NCBI GenBank assembly: GCA_041939225.1
Contig: JBGTUK010000001.1
Location: 1-52,336 of the forward strand
Direction of reading: 5' to 3'
DNA: 52,336 nucleotides
From: Devosia sp.
Lineage (GTDB): Bacteria; Pseudomonadota; Alphaproteobacteria; Rhizobiales; Devosiaceae
Part shown: positions 1-10,400 of the stretch, one piece after another
Layout of the letters: each line of letters starts with the position of its first letter
How positions within the stretch are numbered: position 1 is the stretch's first letter
Translations under genes and position numbers: made by a program
The notes under the pieces: generated by a model
Database searches by the model: none
What the model was told of the DNA's origin: nothing
Seen by the model: only the letters and a program-made list of their open reading frames with translations

Positions 1-2139
1 CCGGTCTTTCATGCCATCCAGTATCTGATGGGCCGGCAGAGCCAGCAAAAGCTCATCGATTTCCGCGCCTTTGGCGGCGCCCAATCCTACCCCTCCCGCA
101 CCAAGGACACCGAGGACGTCGATTTTTCGACCGGCTCCGTCGGGTTGGGCGTTGCCATGACGGCCTTTGCGTCCATGGTGCAGGATTATGTGCGCGCCAA
201 GGACTGGTCCGGCAAGGCGCGGCCCGAGGGCCGCATGATCGCGCTGGCCGGCGATGCTGAGCTGGACGAAGGCAATATCTATGAGTGCCTGCTCGAAGGC
301 TGGAAGCATGGATTGCGCAATTGCTGGTGGATCATCGACTACAACCGGCAGAGCCTGGATGGCGTGGTGCGCGAGGGGCTTTATGACCGCATTGAAGCGA
401 TCTTCAAGGCGTTTGGCTGGAAAGTCGTCACCCTCAAATATGGCGCCCTGCAACGCGCCGCGTTAGAAGAGCCAGGCGGCGAGAGGCTCAAAGCCTGGAT
501 CGATGCCTGCCCAAATGATCTCTATTCGGCGCTGATGTTCCGGGGTGGTGCCGCCTGGCGCGAGCGCCTCAATGACGAGATCGGCGATCAGGGCGATGTG
601 TCTGCCCTGCTCTCGCGCCGCAGCGACGAGGAACTGGCTGCCCTGATGGCCAATCTGGGCGGACATTGCGTCCAGAGCCTGCTCGACCAGTTCGAAAATG
701 CCGGAACAGACGAACCGACAGTTTTCATCAATTACACGGTCAAAGGCTGGGGCACGCCGCTGGCGGGCCACAAGGACAACCATGCCGGGCAGATGACCTC
801 GGCCCAAATCGAACAATTGCGGGTCGCCCACAAGATCCGGGACGGGCATGAGTGGGATTCGTTCGAAGGGCTCGAGCAGGCCGATGCACTCGCTGACTTC
901 ATCCGAGACGTGCCGTTCAACGCCGCTGCCTCCCGTCGCCTGACGGCCCCCGCAGTGCCAACCATTGGCCCGCAATTCATCGGCACCGGCGCCACTTCCA
1001 CCCAGGCCGCATTTGGACGCATCCTCGATGCGATCGCCAAGACCGATAGCGAGATGGCGCGGCGGATGGTGTCGACGTCGCCGGACGTGACCGTTTCAAC
1101 CGGCCTTGGGAGCTGGGTCAACCGGCGCAATCTGTTCGCTCGCAAGGAAACAGCCGACCTGTTCCAGAAGGAGGCGATACCCTCGACCCAGAAATGGCGG
1201 TTCACGCCCGATGGGCAGCACATGGAGCTCGGGATCGCAGAAATGAATCTCTTCCTGATGCTTGGGGCAGCGGGGCTCAGTCACTCACTGTTCGGCGAAC
1301 GCCTGCTACCCATCGGCACGCTCTACGATCCGTTCATTTCGAGAGGTCTGGATGCCCTCAACTACGCCTGCTATCAGGACGCCCGTTTCCTGCTGGTGGG
1401 CACCCCGTCAGGCGTGTCGCTTTCCGGTGAAGGTGGCGCACATCAGTCCATTGCTTCGCCATTGATCGGCATGTCCCAGGATGGCCTGGCCAGCTTCGAG
1501 CCCGCCTTTGCCGACGAACTGGCAGTGATCATCGATTGGGCTTTCGACTATATGCAGCGCACCGGGGATGCTCGCCCGGACCTCGCCGACTGGCCGCGCG
1601 ACGTTACCGGCGGCTCGGTCTATCTGCGCCTTTCCACGCGCACACTTGAGCAGGTGCCCCGCGAGATCGCGCCACCGCTCGCCGATGACATCATTCGCGG
1701 CGCATATTGGCTGCAACCGCCGACGCCGCAATGCGAAGTTGTCATCGCCTATCAGGGCGTTCTGGCCAGCGAGGCCGTTGCCGCGGCCGCCAGCATCGGC
1801 GGTGACCGGCGCAATGTGGCCGTGCTGGCCGTCACGTCGGCAGATCGGCTCAATGCAGGCTGGCAGGGCGCGCAGCGCGCAAGGCTGCATGGTGATTACG
1901 AGGCCACCAGCCACATAGAGACGCTACTGAAAGACGTTCCGCACCGCGCCGGGCTCGTGACCGCAATTGACGCTCACCCGGCAACCCTGGGCTGGCTTGG
2001 CAGTGTCCTTGGACATCGCACGGTAGCGCTGGGCGTTGAGCATTTCGGGCAAACTGGGACGGTGACGGACCTCTATCGCCATTTCGGTATCGGCGCCGAG
2101 ACAATCGAAACCGCCTGCCGACAGCTGTTCGGGCGCTGA
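1..2139 (+). CDS. Transketolase-like / homodimeric 2-oxoacid (pyruvate) dehydrogenase E1 component, AceE/MdeB-like, 5'-truncated by window edge
   Basis: Frame is open from base 1 (PVFHAIQYLM...). TPP-binding motif GDAELDEG...N; FSTGSVGLG, ELGIAEMN and EGGAHQS motifs of the AceE-like family. Confidence 0.85.
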   Translation, partial: PVFHAIQYLMGRQSQQKLIDFRAFGGAQSYPSRTKDTEDVDFSTGSVGLGVAMTAFASMVQDYVRAKDWSGKARPEGRMIALAGDAELDEGNIYECLLEGWKHGLRNCWWIIDYNRQSLDGVVREGLYDRIEAIFKAFGWKVVTLKYGALQRAALEEPGGERLKAWIDACPNDLYSALMFRGGAAWRERLNDEIGDQGDVSALLSRRSDEELAALMANLGGHCVQSLLDQFENAGTDEPTVFINYTVKGWGTPLAGHKDNHAGQMTSAQIEQLRVAHKIRDGHEWDSFEGLEQADALADFIRDVPFNAAASRRLTAPAVPTIGPQFIGTGATSTQAAFGRILDAIAKTDSEMARRMVSTSPDVTVSTGLGSWVNRRNLFARKETADLFQKEAIPSTQKWRFTPDGQHMELGIAEMNLFLMLGAAGLSHSLFGERLLPIGTLYDPFISRGLDALNYACYQDARFLLVGTPSGVSLSGEGGAHQSIASPLIGMSQDGLASFEPAFADELAVIIDWAFDYMQRTGDARPDLADWPRDVTGGSVYLRLSTRTLEQVPREIAPPLADDIIRGAYWLQPPTPQCEVVIAYQGVLASEAVAAAASIGGDRRNVAVLAVTSADRLNAGWQGAQRARLHGDYEATSHIETLLKDVPHRAGLVTAIDAHPATLGWLGSVLGHRTVALGVEHFGQTGTVTDLYRHFGIGAETIETACRQLFGR

Positions 2140-2209
2140 TCGGGGCCCAAACAAGACCCGCGTTGAAACGGAAAAAGAGAAACACCAGGGTTGCCAAGCC
2201 CAAGATGAT

Positions 2210-2229
2210 TTGTCAGACATATGTCATAT
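2210..2229. promoter_or_regulatory. Putative GntR/FadR-type operator upstream of oppA
   Basis: TTGTCAGACATATGTCATAT: tandem TGTCAnAcA-like boxes with an internal palindrome GACATATGTC, in an AT-rich intergenic stretch. Confidence 0.35.
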
Positions 2230-2347
2230 GGCGGATTTGGGAACATCTGCCGGACTGCGGCAAAGCCGCCAAGCAAGTGACCAGACCCGAGGGGAAGGGC
2301 CTGGCGCATCAGGGAACGCCTACTGCTCTGCAATAAGGAGGGAGCTC

Positions 2348-3949
2348 ATGCATATCACACAGAAACTTGTCGCCGCGCTGGCCGTCGCCACCGCACTGAC
2401 ACTGCCAGCCATGGCGCAATCGACCATCACGGCGCCCGGCCAGTCCACGACCGGCACCTATATGGACTATATGAAGACGGTCTATGACCGCGCCACATTT
2501 GCCGAATTGCTGCAGATACCAATCGCCACCTTTGACAAGGAATTCGAACTCACGCCCATGGCGGCCGAGAGCTGGAGCCAGTCGGAAGATGGCCTGACCT
2601 GGACCTTCAAGCTGCGCGAAGGGCTGGTCTGGTCCGATGGTGAACCGCTGACGGCCGAGGACTATGTCTTTGCCCTGCAGCGCGCCGCAACGACCGGCTA
2701 CGACTTTGCCTGGTATTGGGATTTTGCCGGCGGCATCAAGGGCTGGAAGGAAGTCACCGAAGGCACTGCAGACGTGTCCACCCTCGGGCTGGTTGCGGTC
2801 GACGACCTGACCATTGAAGTCACCACCACTGCACCCAAACCCTATCTGCCCTCGGTGACCAGCCTTTGGTACCCCGTGCCCAAGCACAAGGTCGATGAAC
2901 TGGGCGATGATTGGGCGCTCAACGTTGACACCATCGTGTCCTCAGGCCCCTTTGAAATCGAGAGCTGGGAGAAGTCAAACAACTCCGTCGTCTTCACCAA
3001 GTCCGATAGCTATACCGGTCCCTGGCAGGCCCAGATCGATCGTCTCGAAGTCGACCCTAGCCTTGGTGCTCCAGAAGTCGGCCTGCCGGCCTTCCTGGCC
3101 GGTGACGCAGATTATTCCTTCCTCAACACCGGGCAGGTACCCGTGGCCATGGCGGCCGATCCCGATGGTATTCGCCGCAATGCGGTCTTTGCCACTTCCT
3201 ACCTGTCCTATGATCTGGAATCCGAGCCCTTCAACAATGTCGATGTGCGCCGGGCCTTCTACCACGCCGTTGACCGCGAAGAGCTGACCTCGACGGTGCT
3301 GCGGGACATCGCCATTCCGGCCGGTTCGATCCTGCCGCCCGGCTATCCTGGCTACAATCCCGACGTCGTGGCCCAGGCTACCTTCGATCCGGAGAAGGCC
3401 CAGCAATTCATGGCCGATGCGGGCTATCCGAATGGCGAAGGCTTCCCCGAGATCGAAATCTGGATCCGCGAGGAAGGCGGCTACAATGGCGCCATCGTGC
3501 CGGCCATGGCGCAGTATCTGCAGGCCGAACTCGGCGAGCACCTTGGAATTACCGTAAGCATCCGCCAGCTACCCGGCGCGGACTGGATGGATGGTCTGCG
3601 CGGTGCGAAGAACAACATCTTCATCGCGCCGTATGAATACGACTATCTCGATCCGTCCAACTTCTACGGCATCTTCTACGATGGCGGTCGGCACAACTAC
3701 CATGTCGACGAATATGATGCGCTGGTTGCCAAAGCGGACTCCGAAAGCGACTGGGACACCCGCTACGACCTCTACGAGCAGGCCGAGCAGGTGATGATTG
3801 ACCAGGGTCTGATCGTGCCGCTGGTGCACCCGATCACCACGGCCATCATCTCAAGCGAGCTGGGCGGCGAGGCTTCGACACCCAATGAGCTGGGCTTCAC
3901 CCCACTGGACCGCCTCGGCCACTACTTCTTCACCCACCTGACGAAGTAA
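2348..3949 (+). CDS. Peptide/nickel family (SBP_bac_5) ABC transporter substrate-binding protein, OppA-like
   Basis: RBS AAGGAGGGAG precedes ATG 2348; signal peptide ending PAMA-Q; family signature AESWSQSEDGLTWTFKLREGLVWSDGEPLTAED. Confidence 0.9.
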   Translation: MHITQKLVAALAVATALTLPAMAQSTITAPGQSTTGTYMDYMKTVYDRATFAELLQIPIATFDKEFELTPMAAESWSQSEDGLTWTFKLREGLVWSDGEPLTAEDYVFALQRAATTGYDFAWYWDFAGGIKGWKEVTEGTADVSTLGLVAVDDLTIEVTTTAPKPYLPSVTSLWYPVPKHKVDELGDDWALNVDTIVSSGPFEIESWEKSNNSVVFTKSDSYTGPWQAQIDRLEVDPSLGAPEVGLPAFLAGDADYSFLNTGQVPVAMAADPDGIRRNAVFATSYLSYDLESEPFNNVDVRRAFYHAVDREELTSTVLRDIAIPAGSILPPGYPGYNPDVVAQATFDPEKAQQFMADAGYPNGEGFPEIEIWIREEGGYNGAIVPAMAQYLQAELGEHLGITVSIRQLPGADWMDGLRGAKNNIFIAPYEYDYLDPSNFYGIFYDGGRHNYHVDEYDALVAKADSESDWDTRYDLYEQAEQVMIDQGLIVPLVHPITTAIISSELGGEASTPNELGFTPLDRLGHYFFTHLTK

Positions 3950-3966
3950 CCCAGCGATCCATCAGA

Positions 3967-4000
3967 GGCGCCTCCCGGGCATTCCCAGTCGGGAGGCGCC
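3967..4000 (+). terminator. GC-rich hairpin after the SBP gene (mRNA-stabilising element or attenuator)
   Basis: GGCGCCTCCCG ... CGGGAGGCGCC, 11-bp perfect stem; no U-tract. Confidence 0.5.
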
Positions 4001-4021
4001 ACCAGTTTCGGGGACCAGCTT

Positions 4022-4858
4022 ATGGCTTTGGTAGAAATCGCCGATCTCAAGGTCAGCTTTCGCCAATATGGCGGAACCATTGATGCGGTGCGCGGCATCA
4101 GCTTTACGGTCAATGAAGGTGAAAGCCTCGGCATCGTCGGGGAAAGCGGCTCGGGCAAGTCAGTAAGTTGCAGCGCCCTGCTCCGCCTGTTGCCGGCAAC
4201 AGCAGAGGTCAGCGCCAGCAAGCTAGAGCTTGATGGGATTGATGTAAGCAAGGCGCGCAAGGACGACCTGGCCCGCTTGCGCGGTCGCTCCGCCGCGATG
4301 ATTTTCCAGGACCCGATGACGGCATTCGATCCTGTCTTCACCATCGGGCACCAGATTACCGAAACCATCCAGGCCCATCGCAATGTCTCCAAGCGCGACG
4401 CCCTCAAGGAAGCCGAAGAGCTGCTGCTGCGCGTCGAGATCAAGAACGCCAGCGACGTTCTCAACTATTTTCCGCATCAGCTCTCGGGCGGCATGTTGCA
4501 GCGCGCCATGATTGCCATGGCGCTCTCGTGCCGGCCCAAGGTGTTGATTGCCGACGAGCCGACCACCGCGCTCGACGTCACCATCCAGGCGCAGATCCTC
4601 GACCTGCTGGCCGATCTGAAGCGCGACGAGGGCCTGTCGATGCTGTTCATCAGCCACGATCTGCGCGTGGTCAAAGCCCTGGCGCACCGCCTAATCGTCA
4701 TGCGCAATGGCCAGGTCATCGAACAGGGTGCAGCCGCCGCTATCTTTGCGGACCCGCAGCAAGCCTATACCCGACAATTGCTCGCGGCCGCATTCGATCT
4801 CGCCGCGCCGTCAAATGTGACGGATGATCGATTGCCGCCGCCCCCCACAACCAGATAA
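4022..4858 (+). CDS. Oligopeptide-type ABC transporter ATP-binding protein (OppD-like N-terminus, YejF-like C-terminus; possibly chimeric)
   Basis: Walker A GESGSGKS, signature LSGGMLQR, Walker B IADEPTTALD, H-loop SHDL. Confidence 0.85.
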   Translation: MALVEIADLKVSFRQYGGTIDAVRGISFTVNEGESLGIVGESGSGKSVSCSALLRLLPATAEVSASKLELDGIDVSKARKDDLARLRGRSAAMIFQDPMTAFDPVFTIGHQITETIQAHRNVSKRDALKEAEELLLRVEIKNASDVLNYFPHQLSGGMLQRAMIAMALSCRPKVLIADEPTTALDVTIQAQILDLLADLKRDEGLSMLFISHDLRVVKALAHRLIVMRNGQVIEQGAAAAIFADPQQAYTRQLLAAAFDLAAPSNVTDDRLPPPPTTR

Positions 4859-4892
4859 CCTCTTGATCGACTGTCCCAATCGGAGCCACGCC

Positions 4893-6761
4893 ATGACGCT
4901 GTCCCTCAAGCTCTCCTCGCTGCTCGCCATCGGTTTTATTGCCGCCGGCATAATGAGCCCGGCCCTGGCGCAAACCCCGACCGACACCTGGGTTAACTCC
5001 TTTACCCTGGAAGGTGAGCCCAAATACGGGCCGGACTACCCCCATTTCGACTATGTCAATGTCGACGCTCCCAAGGGCGGCACCGTGCGGATGGGCGATA
5101 TGGGAGGCTTTGATACCTTCAATCCCATCCTGCCCAAGGGCGAGATGGCAGGCGGCATCGGGCTGCTCTATGAGTCGCTGATGACGCCCTCGCTGGACGA
5201 GAACAACACCTATTACGTGCATCTTGCCGAAGCGCTGAAAATTGCCCCGGACTATGGCGCCGTGACCTTCCGCATGGATGCGGATGCCAAATGGCACGAC
5301 GGAGAACCGGTGACCGCCGAGGACGTGGTCTGGACCTTCGAAAAGCTGATCGAGGTCAACCCGGACCGCGCGCAATACTACGCCAACATCACCTCGGCCG
5401 AGGTCACTGCACCGGGCGAAGTCACCTTCACCTTCAACCAGACCGATAATCGCGAATTGCCACTAATCCTGGGACAATTGCCAGTGCTGCCGCAACATTG
5501 GTGGGAAGGCACCAATGCCGAGGGTGAAAGCCGCTCAATCAGTGAATCGACGCTCGAGCCACCACTAGGGTCGGGCCCATATCGTCTCGCCAGCTTCGAT
5601 GCTGGACGGTCCATCACTTACGAGCGAGTGGAAGACTATTGGGGCGCCGACCACCCGACCCAGATCGGCCAGCACAATTTCGACGAGTACCGCATCGAAT
5701 ACTTCCTCGATCTGACCGTGATGTTCGAGGCCTTCAAGGGCGACCAGTTCGACTGGTGGAGCGAAAACCAGGCCCGCCGCTGGGCTACGGCGTATGACTT
5801 CCCGGCTGTTGAAGAGGGGCGCGTCATCAAGGAATTGTTCCCGCAGGACTATGCTGGTTCCGGCCTGATGGTCGGCTTCATCATGAATTTGCGCCGCGAC
5901 AAGTTCGACGATCCGCTCGTGCGTGAAGCGCTCAACTATGCCTTCGATTTCGAGGAACTAAGCAACACGCTCTTCTATGGCCAGTATGAGCGTATCGACA
6001 GCTTCTTCTTCGGCCTGCCCTTCAAATCCACGGGCCTGCCCGAGGGCGAGGAACTGGAGATCCTCGAAAGCGTGCGCGACCAGATCCCGGAAAAGGTGTT
6101 CACCACACCCTATACCAACCCAGTCAGTGGCGATCCGACCAAACTGCGCGAGAACCTGCGCACGGCGCTGAACCTGTTCACCGAGGCTGGTTACACGCTT
6201 GAGGGCACGCAGATGCTTGCCCCTGATGGCCAGCCCTTCACCTTCGAAATCCTTCTCAACGGCCCCACCATCGAGCCGGTGGCGCAGAATTTGGTGACCA
6301 ATCTGGCTCAAATCGGCATCACCGCCACCATTCGCACAGTCGACAGCCCGCAATTCATCAACCGGGCCCGAAGCTTTGACTATGACATGATCTATGCTGG
6401 CTGGTCCCAGTCCTATTCGCCGGGCAATGAGCAACGCTTCTTTTTCGGGTCGTCCACCGCCGATCAGCAGGGCGCGCAGAACTATGCCGGCGTGGCCGAC
6501 CCCGCCGTAGATGCCCTGATCGAAAAACTGATCGTTGCCGACGACCGCGAGACCCAGGAAGCGGCGACCAAGGCGCTGGACCGTGTGCTCCTCAACAAGC
6601 ACTTCGTCATCCCCAGCTACACTTTGCGCACCACGCGCTCGGCCCGCTGGGACCGCTTCAGCCGCCCCGAGGAACTACCCGAATTCTCGTCAGGTTTCCC
6701 CGCGCTCTGGTGGTGGGATGAGGAAAAAGCCGCCCGGACCGGCGGGGTCACAGCGCAGTAA
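4893..6761 (+). CDS. yejA: YejA-like (microcin C/peptide) ABC transporter substrate-binding protein
   Basis: GEPKYGPDYPHFDYVNVDAPKGG, YERVEDYWG, FDDPLVREAL and RFFFGS...NYAGV motifs; signal peptide; GGAG upstream of ATG 4893. Confidence 0.85.
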   Translation: MTLSLKLSSLLAIGFIAAGIMSPALAQTPTDTWVNSFTLEGEPKYGPDYPHFDYVNVDAPKGGTVRMGDMGGFDTFNPILPKGEMAGGIGLLYESLMTPSLDENNTYYVHLAEALKIAPDYGAVTFRMDADAKWHDGEPVTAEDVVWTFEKLIEVNPDRAQYYANITSAEVTAPGEVTFTFNQTDNRELPLILGQLPVLPQHWWEGTNAEGESRSISESTLEPPLGSGPYRLASFDAGRSITYERVEDYWGADHPTQIGQHNFDEYRIEYFLDLTVMFEAFKGDQFDWWSENQARRWATAYDFPAVEEGRVIKELFPQDYAGSGLMVGFIMNLRRDKFDDPLVREALNYAFDFEELSNTLFYGQYERIDSFFFGLPFKSTGLPEGEELEILESVRDQIPEKVFTTPYTNPVSGDPTKLRENLRTALNLFTEAGYTLEGTQMLAPDGQPFTFEILLNGPTIEPVAQNLVTNLAQIGITATIRTVDSPQFINRARSFDYDMIYAGWSQSYSPGNEQRFFFGSSTADQQGAQNYAGVADPAVDALIEKLIVADDRETQEAATKALDRVLLNKHFVIPSYTLRTTRSARWDRFSRPEELPEFSSGFPALWWWDEEKAARTGGVTAQ

Positions 6762-6763
6762 GC

Positions 6764-6788
6764 AGGGGCGGCGCAAGAGCCGCCCTTC
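6764..6788. terminator. Hairpin between convergent yejA and the methyltransferase gene
   Basis: GGGCGGC-gcaaga-GCCGCCC stem-loop in a 27-bp convergent gap. Confidence 0.4.
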
Positions 6789-7397
6789 TCATTCGGGCTT
6801 GCGCGCCACCAGATCGACCAGCGCGGAGATTCCGCTATGCCGATTGCCTTCGCTTAGCTCGGCGTCATAGCTGCGCAACTCGACGATATCGAGCGCCGAG
6901 AAGCAATCGGCCAGCAGCTCTTCGGTGTAGAGTTGCTTGAGGATTCCTGGACCACCGGTCTTATACTGCATTTGCTTGGGACCATACCCCTCGACCAGTA
7001 GCAGGCCACCGGGCGCCAATGTGCGGATCATGCCTGCAAAGATGGCGTCACGCATGGCCGGTGGTGCGAACTGGAAGAAGATACCCACAACGACATCAAA
7101 CTGATCTTCTGGCCAGCGATAGTCTGCAATGTCGGCCAGTTCCGTCGTCAGGGCCACGCCGCGCTTTTCGGCAAGCCGCCGCGCCTTTTCAAGCCCGACA
7201 GGCGATGCATCGACAGAAGTAACCTCCAGGCCCTGCTCCGCCAGCCAGACGCCATTCCGGCCTTCACCATCGGCGATGGCAAGTGCGTTGCCGTAACCGG
7301 CCAGACGTTCACGCTGGGCGGCCAGAAAGGCATTGGGCGCTTCGCCGAACACATATTCGTCCGTGTCGTAGCGTTCGTCCCAGAAGCTCTTGGCCAT
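6789..7397 (-). CDS. Class I SAM-dependent methyltransferase (TehB/thiopurine MT-like)
   Basis: Starts MAKSFWDERY; motif I LAIADGEGRNGVWLA; LAPGGLLLVEGY. Start lies 4 bp after the tamB stop. Confidence 0.85.
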   Translation of the reverse strand: MAKSFWDERYDTDEYVFGEAPNAFLAAQRERLAGYGNALAIADGEGRNGVWLAEQGLEVTSVDASPVGLEKARRLAEKRGVALTTELADIADYRWPEDQFDVVVGIFFQFAPPAMRDAIFAGMIRTLAPGGLLLVEGYGPKQMQYKTGGPGILKQLYTEELLADCFSALDIVELRSYDAELSEGNRHSGISALVDLVARKPE

Positions 7398-7401
7398 CGG
7401 C

Positions 7402-10400
7402 TCAGTAGTCTTTCTCGAAGAATACGCCAACGCTGGAATTTCCGTCCTGGCCGGCCGACCCCTGGATGGTCAAATCTTCGGTGACATCGAGATTGATCGT
7501 CACCTTCGACTGCCCATTGGCGCCGACCGTAGCCCCGAGATAGACATTGTCCTGGATATAGGTGCCGGCCTTCACACCGACATTGCCCTCGTCATCGGTG
7601 ACCACGTCGAGATCGGCGAGGCCGGCAGCGCCACGCAGGCTGTCGACCAGCCCGCCGCCCCCGCCGCCGCCGACCAGTTCAGCCGCCGCTGCCGCCAACT
7701 GCGCTAGCTGGATTGGCGAAAGCTCGCCCATCGAGCGGTTGAATATCAGCCGGCTCAGAACTTCGTCCTGCGGCAGGGTCGGATTGGAGCTGAAGCTGAT
7801 ATCGGGCGCCGAAGCGCGACCCGACAAGGTCACGAACACGGTAATGCCATCACCTTCGGCGCGCGCTACGAAATTGAGCTGCGGGTCGAGATCACCCACC
7901 AGGGTCACGGTGCCGGTTTCGAAGATGACGCGCTGACCCAGAATGGACAGACGGCCCCGGATGAGATCGAACGCGCCGACCGGCTGGATATCGTTGATCG
8001 AGCCGGTCAATCGAACTGATCCGCCGACCTCGGCATCGAGCCCACGGCCTCGGATGAAGATCTGGTTTGGTGCGTTGACATTGATGTCGAGCTGCAATTG
8101 CGGTCCTCCGCTACCTGCAGCGACACCCGTGCGTTCATTGATCCGGGCCCGATCCAGCGTCCGCTGCACATCGGCGGGGGGGCGCTGGTGCTCGACATCG
8201 ATCAATTGCGCGCCGCCGCCCAGCCCCTCGGGCACGGTGATATTGGCCTGCTCGACGAACACATTGCCCGCCAGCAGCGGTGCGCCGGTCAGGTTGCCAG
8301 TCAGGTTGAGGCCGCCGGACAAGGTTGCGACGAACAGGTCGCCATCTGCATAGCGGGCCGAATTGATCTGCGCCGTCACATTGACCGGCAAGCCGCCTGT
8401 CAGACCGATTGTGCCGGATGCAGAGACGCTTCCCCCTGTGGCGAGATTGGCCGTCAGGCTTTCGATATTGGCATTGGTACCCGAAAGTCCCACGCGCCCA
8501 GAAATGCCGGTGAGACGCAGATTGAGCGAGGGATCGACATATTCGGCGCCGCTGGTCGAAACGTTCCCAGAAAATTGCGGGTTGGAAAGGCTTCCGCCGA
8601 CACGCGCATCGAATTGTGCCGTGCCGAAAACCCGAGCGCCGCGGCTGGCGACGAACTGATTGGCAAGTGACAACGGAGCTGAACCGTTCAGTGACACCGC
8701 AACGCCATTGCCCGCCAGTGGCACCCGGCCCGATCCGCTCACGGCCAGCCCACCGCTGCCATTGGCAGTGAAGCGGTCGAGTGTCACCACCTCCTCGGCA
8801 AAACTGCCCGAAGCGTTGAAAGTCAGCGGCACAATGCCGAACGGCGCGACGGCGCTGGCGCCAATGCCGTCGCCGCGCGCCTCGAACGACACCTGCGGAT
8901 CGTCGGCCTGACCCAACACCACCGCGCGACCATTGAGTGTTCCAGACAGACCCAGATCGGGCGCCACGGCGTTGGCGATCGAGAGCGGCAGATCGGCAAT
9001 ATCGACCACCATGTCGAGCGCCTGCCCGGCCGTGCCGGTCGCCGTGATGCTGCCCGAACCGACATCGAAGCGCAAAGCGTCAAGCGCGACGCTCTCGCCT
9101 TGCACCATCAGCACTGCCGGATTGGCAAGGCGTGCCGCCAGGCTGCCCTGCTCCAGATTCGCGCGATCCAGCGCCAGGCGGTATCCGCCATCCACCGGGC
9201 TCAGCGCACCGGCAAGATCAAGATCAGTGCCCGTGGCAAGGCGCGCTTGCGCATCGAAGCTGGTGGTGTCACCCGCCTGCGTGGCGCGCGCACTCAGCGT
9301 ATCAACCACGACGCCGCCGGCGACCACATTGTCTGCGCTCGCGGTGCCATTGACCACCGGCACTCCGAACAGGTCTGAGATACCCGCCGCGATATCGGCC
9401 CGCCCGACAGAAATATCGTTGATCCGCAAATCGGCGACTTTGGCCGTTACGCCGGCCCCTTGCTTGTCATTCTGCGGGGTGAGTTCGATGGCGGCATCGA
9501 CCGCGCCCGACGCATCGGCCAACATCAGCGCTGCCGCCAGGGAAACATCAGTGGCGGCAACGTCCAGCCGACCATCGAAAAGGCCGGAATCGACCATGCG
9601 CCTCAGATCGCCGGAAATCCGCGTACCGGCAATTTCGAAGACAATGCCGGACAGCGCCTGCATTTCTGCATTGGTCTCGAATTGAGTTTCCAGGGTGGCG
9701 CGATGACCATCGAGCATCGCGTTGCCCGTAATGTCGCCATCGACCATGCCTTCGAGCAGCGTTGCCGCCACGCCAAGCTTGGCATCGCGCAGGGTATACG
9801 CGCCCAGGGTGCCGCTCGGCACCTGCGCGTCCAGCACCAGCATTAGCGGTTCTTCCGGCGCCGTCAACCGCGCTGACCCCCGCACCGCCAGGGCGCCGCT
9901 GACTTCCTCGGAAATCAGTCCCAGATCGGTTAAATCGAGAGCGATGTCGAAATCGGCGGCGTCGCTGGCGTAGACGCCATCGGCGCTGAATTGCACCTGA
10001 TTATTGGCAATCAAGAAGTCATCGGCCGAGATGCCGGCCTCCGTGCGCGCCAGCCGGCCCGACAGATCGACCCGCCCTGCGAGCAAAGCATCAACCGCAG
10101 CATCGTCGACCCGCAACTCCGTGCCGGTCCCGTCGAACACCAGGTCGAAACCGCCAGTGAGCGGGAAAATCCGGCCGTCCGCCGTCAGCTCGAGGCCACC
10201 GGACAGGGAACGCCCCGCCAATGCGGAAAACGGCGCTATGCTGTCGGTGGAAAGCCGGATCTGACCGTCGAAATCGGTGCCGTCGATCTCCCCGGCCATC
10301 GCCGCCGTCAGGGCCTGGCCCACCACCCGAAATTCGGCCAACTCGATCGGTTCGCCCGCATTCCACAGCCCGGCAATGCCCAGCCCGACCGAACTGCCCA

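Noticed and set aside
2210-2347. N-terminal extensions in the ORF track (oppA here; similarly yejA 4824, efp 26121, SDR 17224, permease 39876)
   Set aside because: Downstream ATGs have better RBSs and/or give family-typical N-termini or signal peptides.
7650-7700. CCG-rich low-complexity run in tamB
   Set aside because: Encodes an in-frame Ala/Gly linker (AAAAAELVGGGGGGG); not a phase-variable tract.
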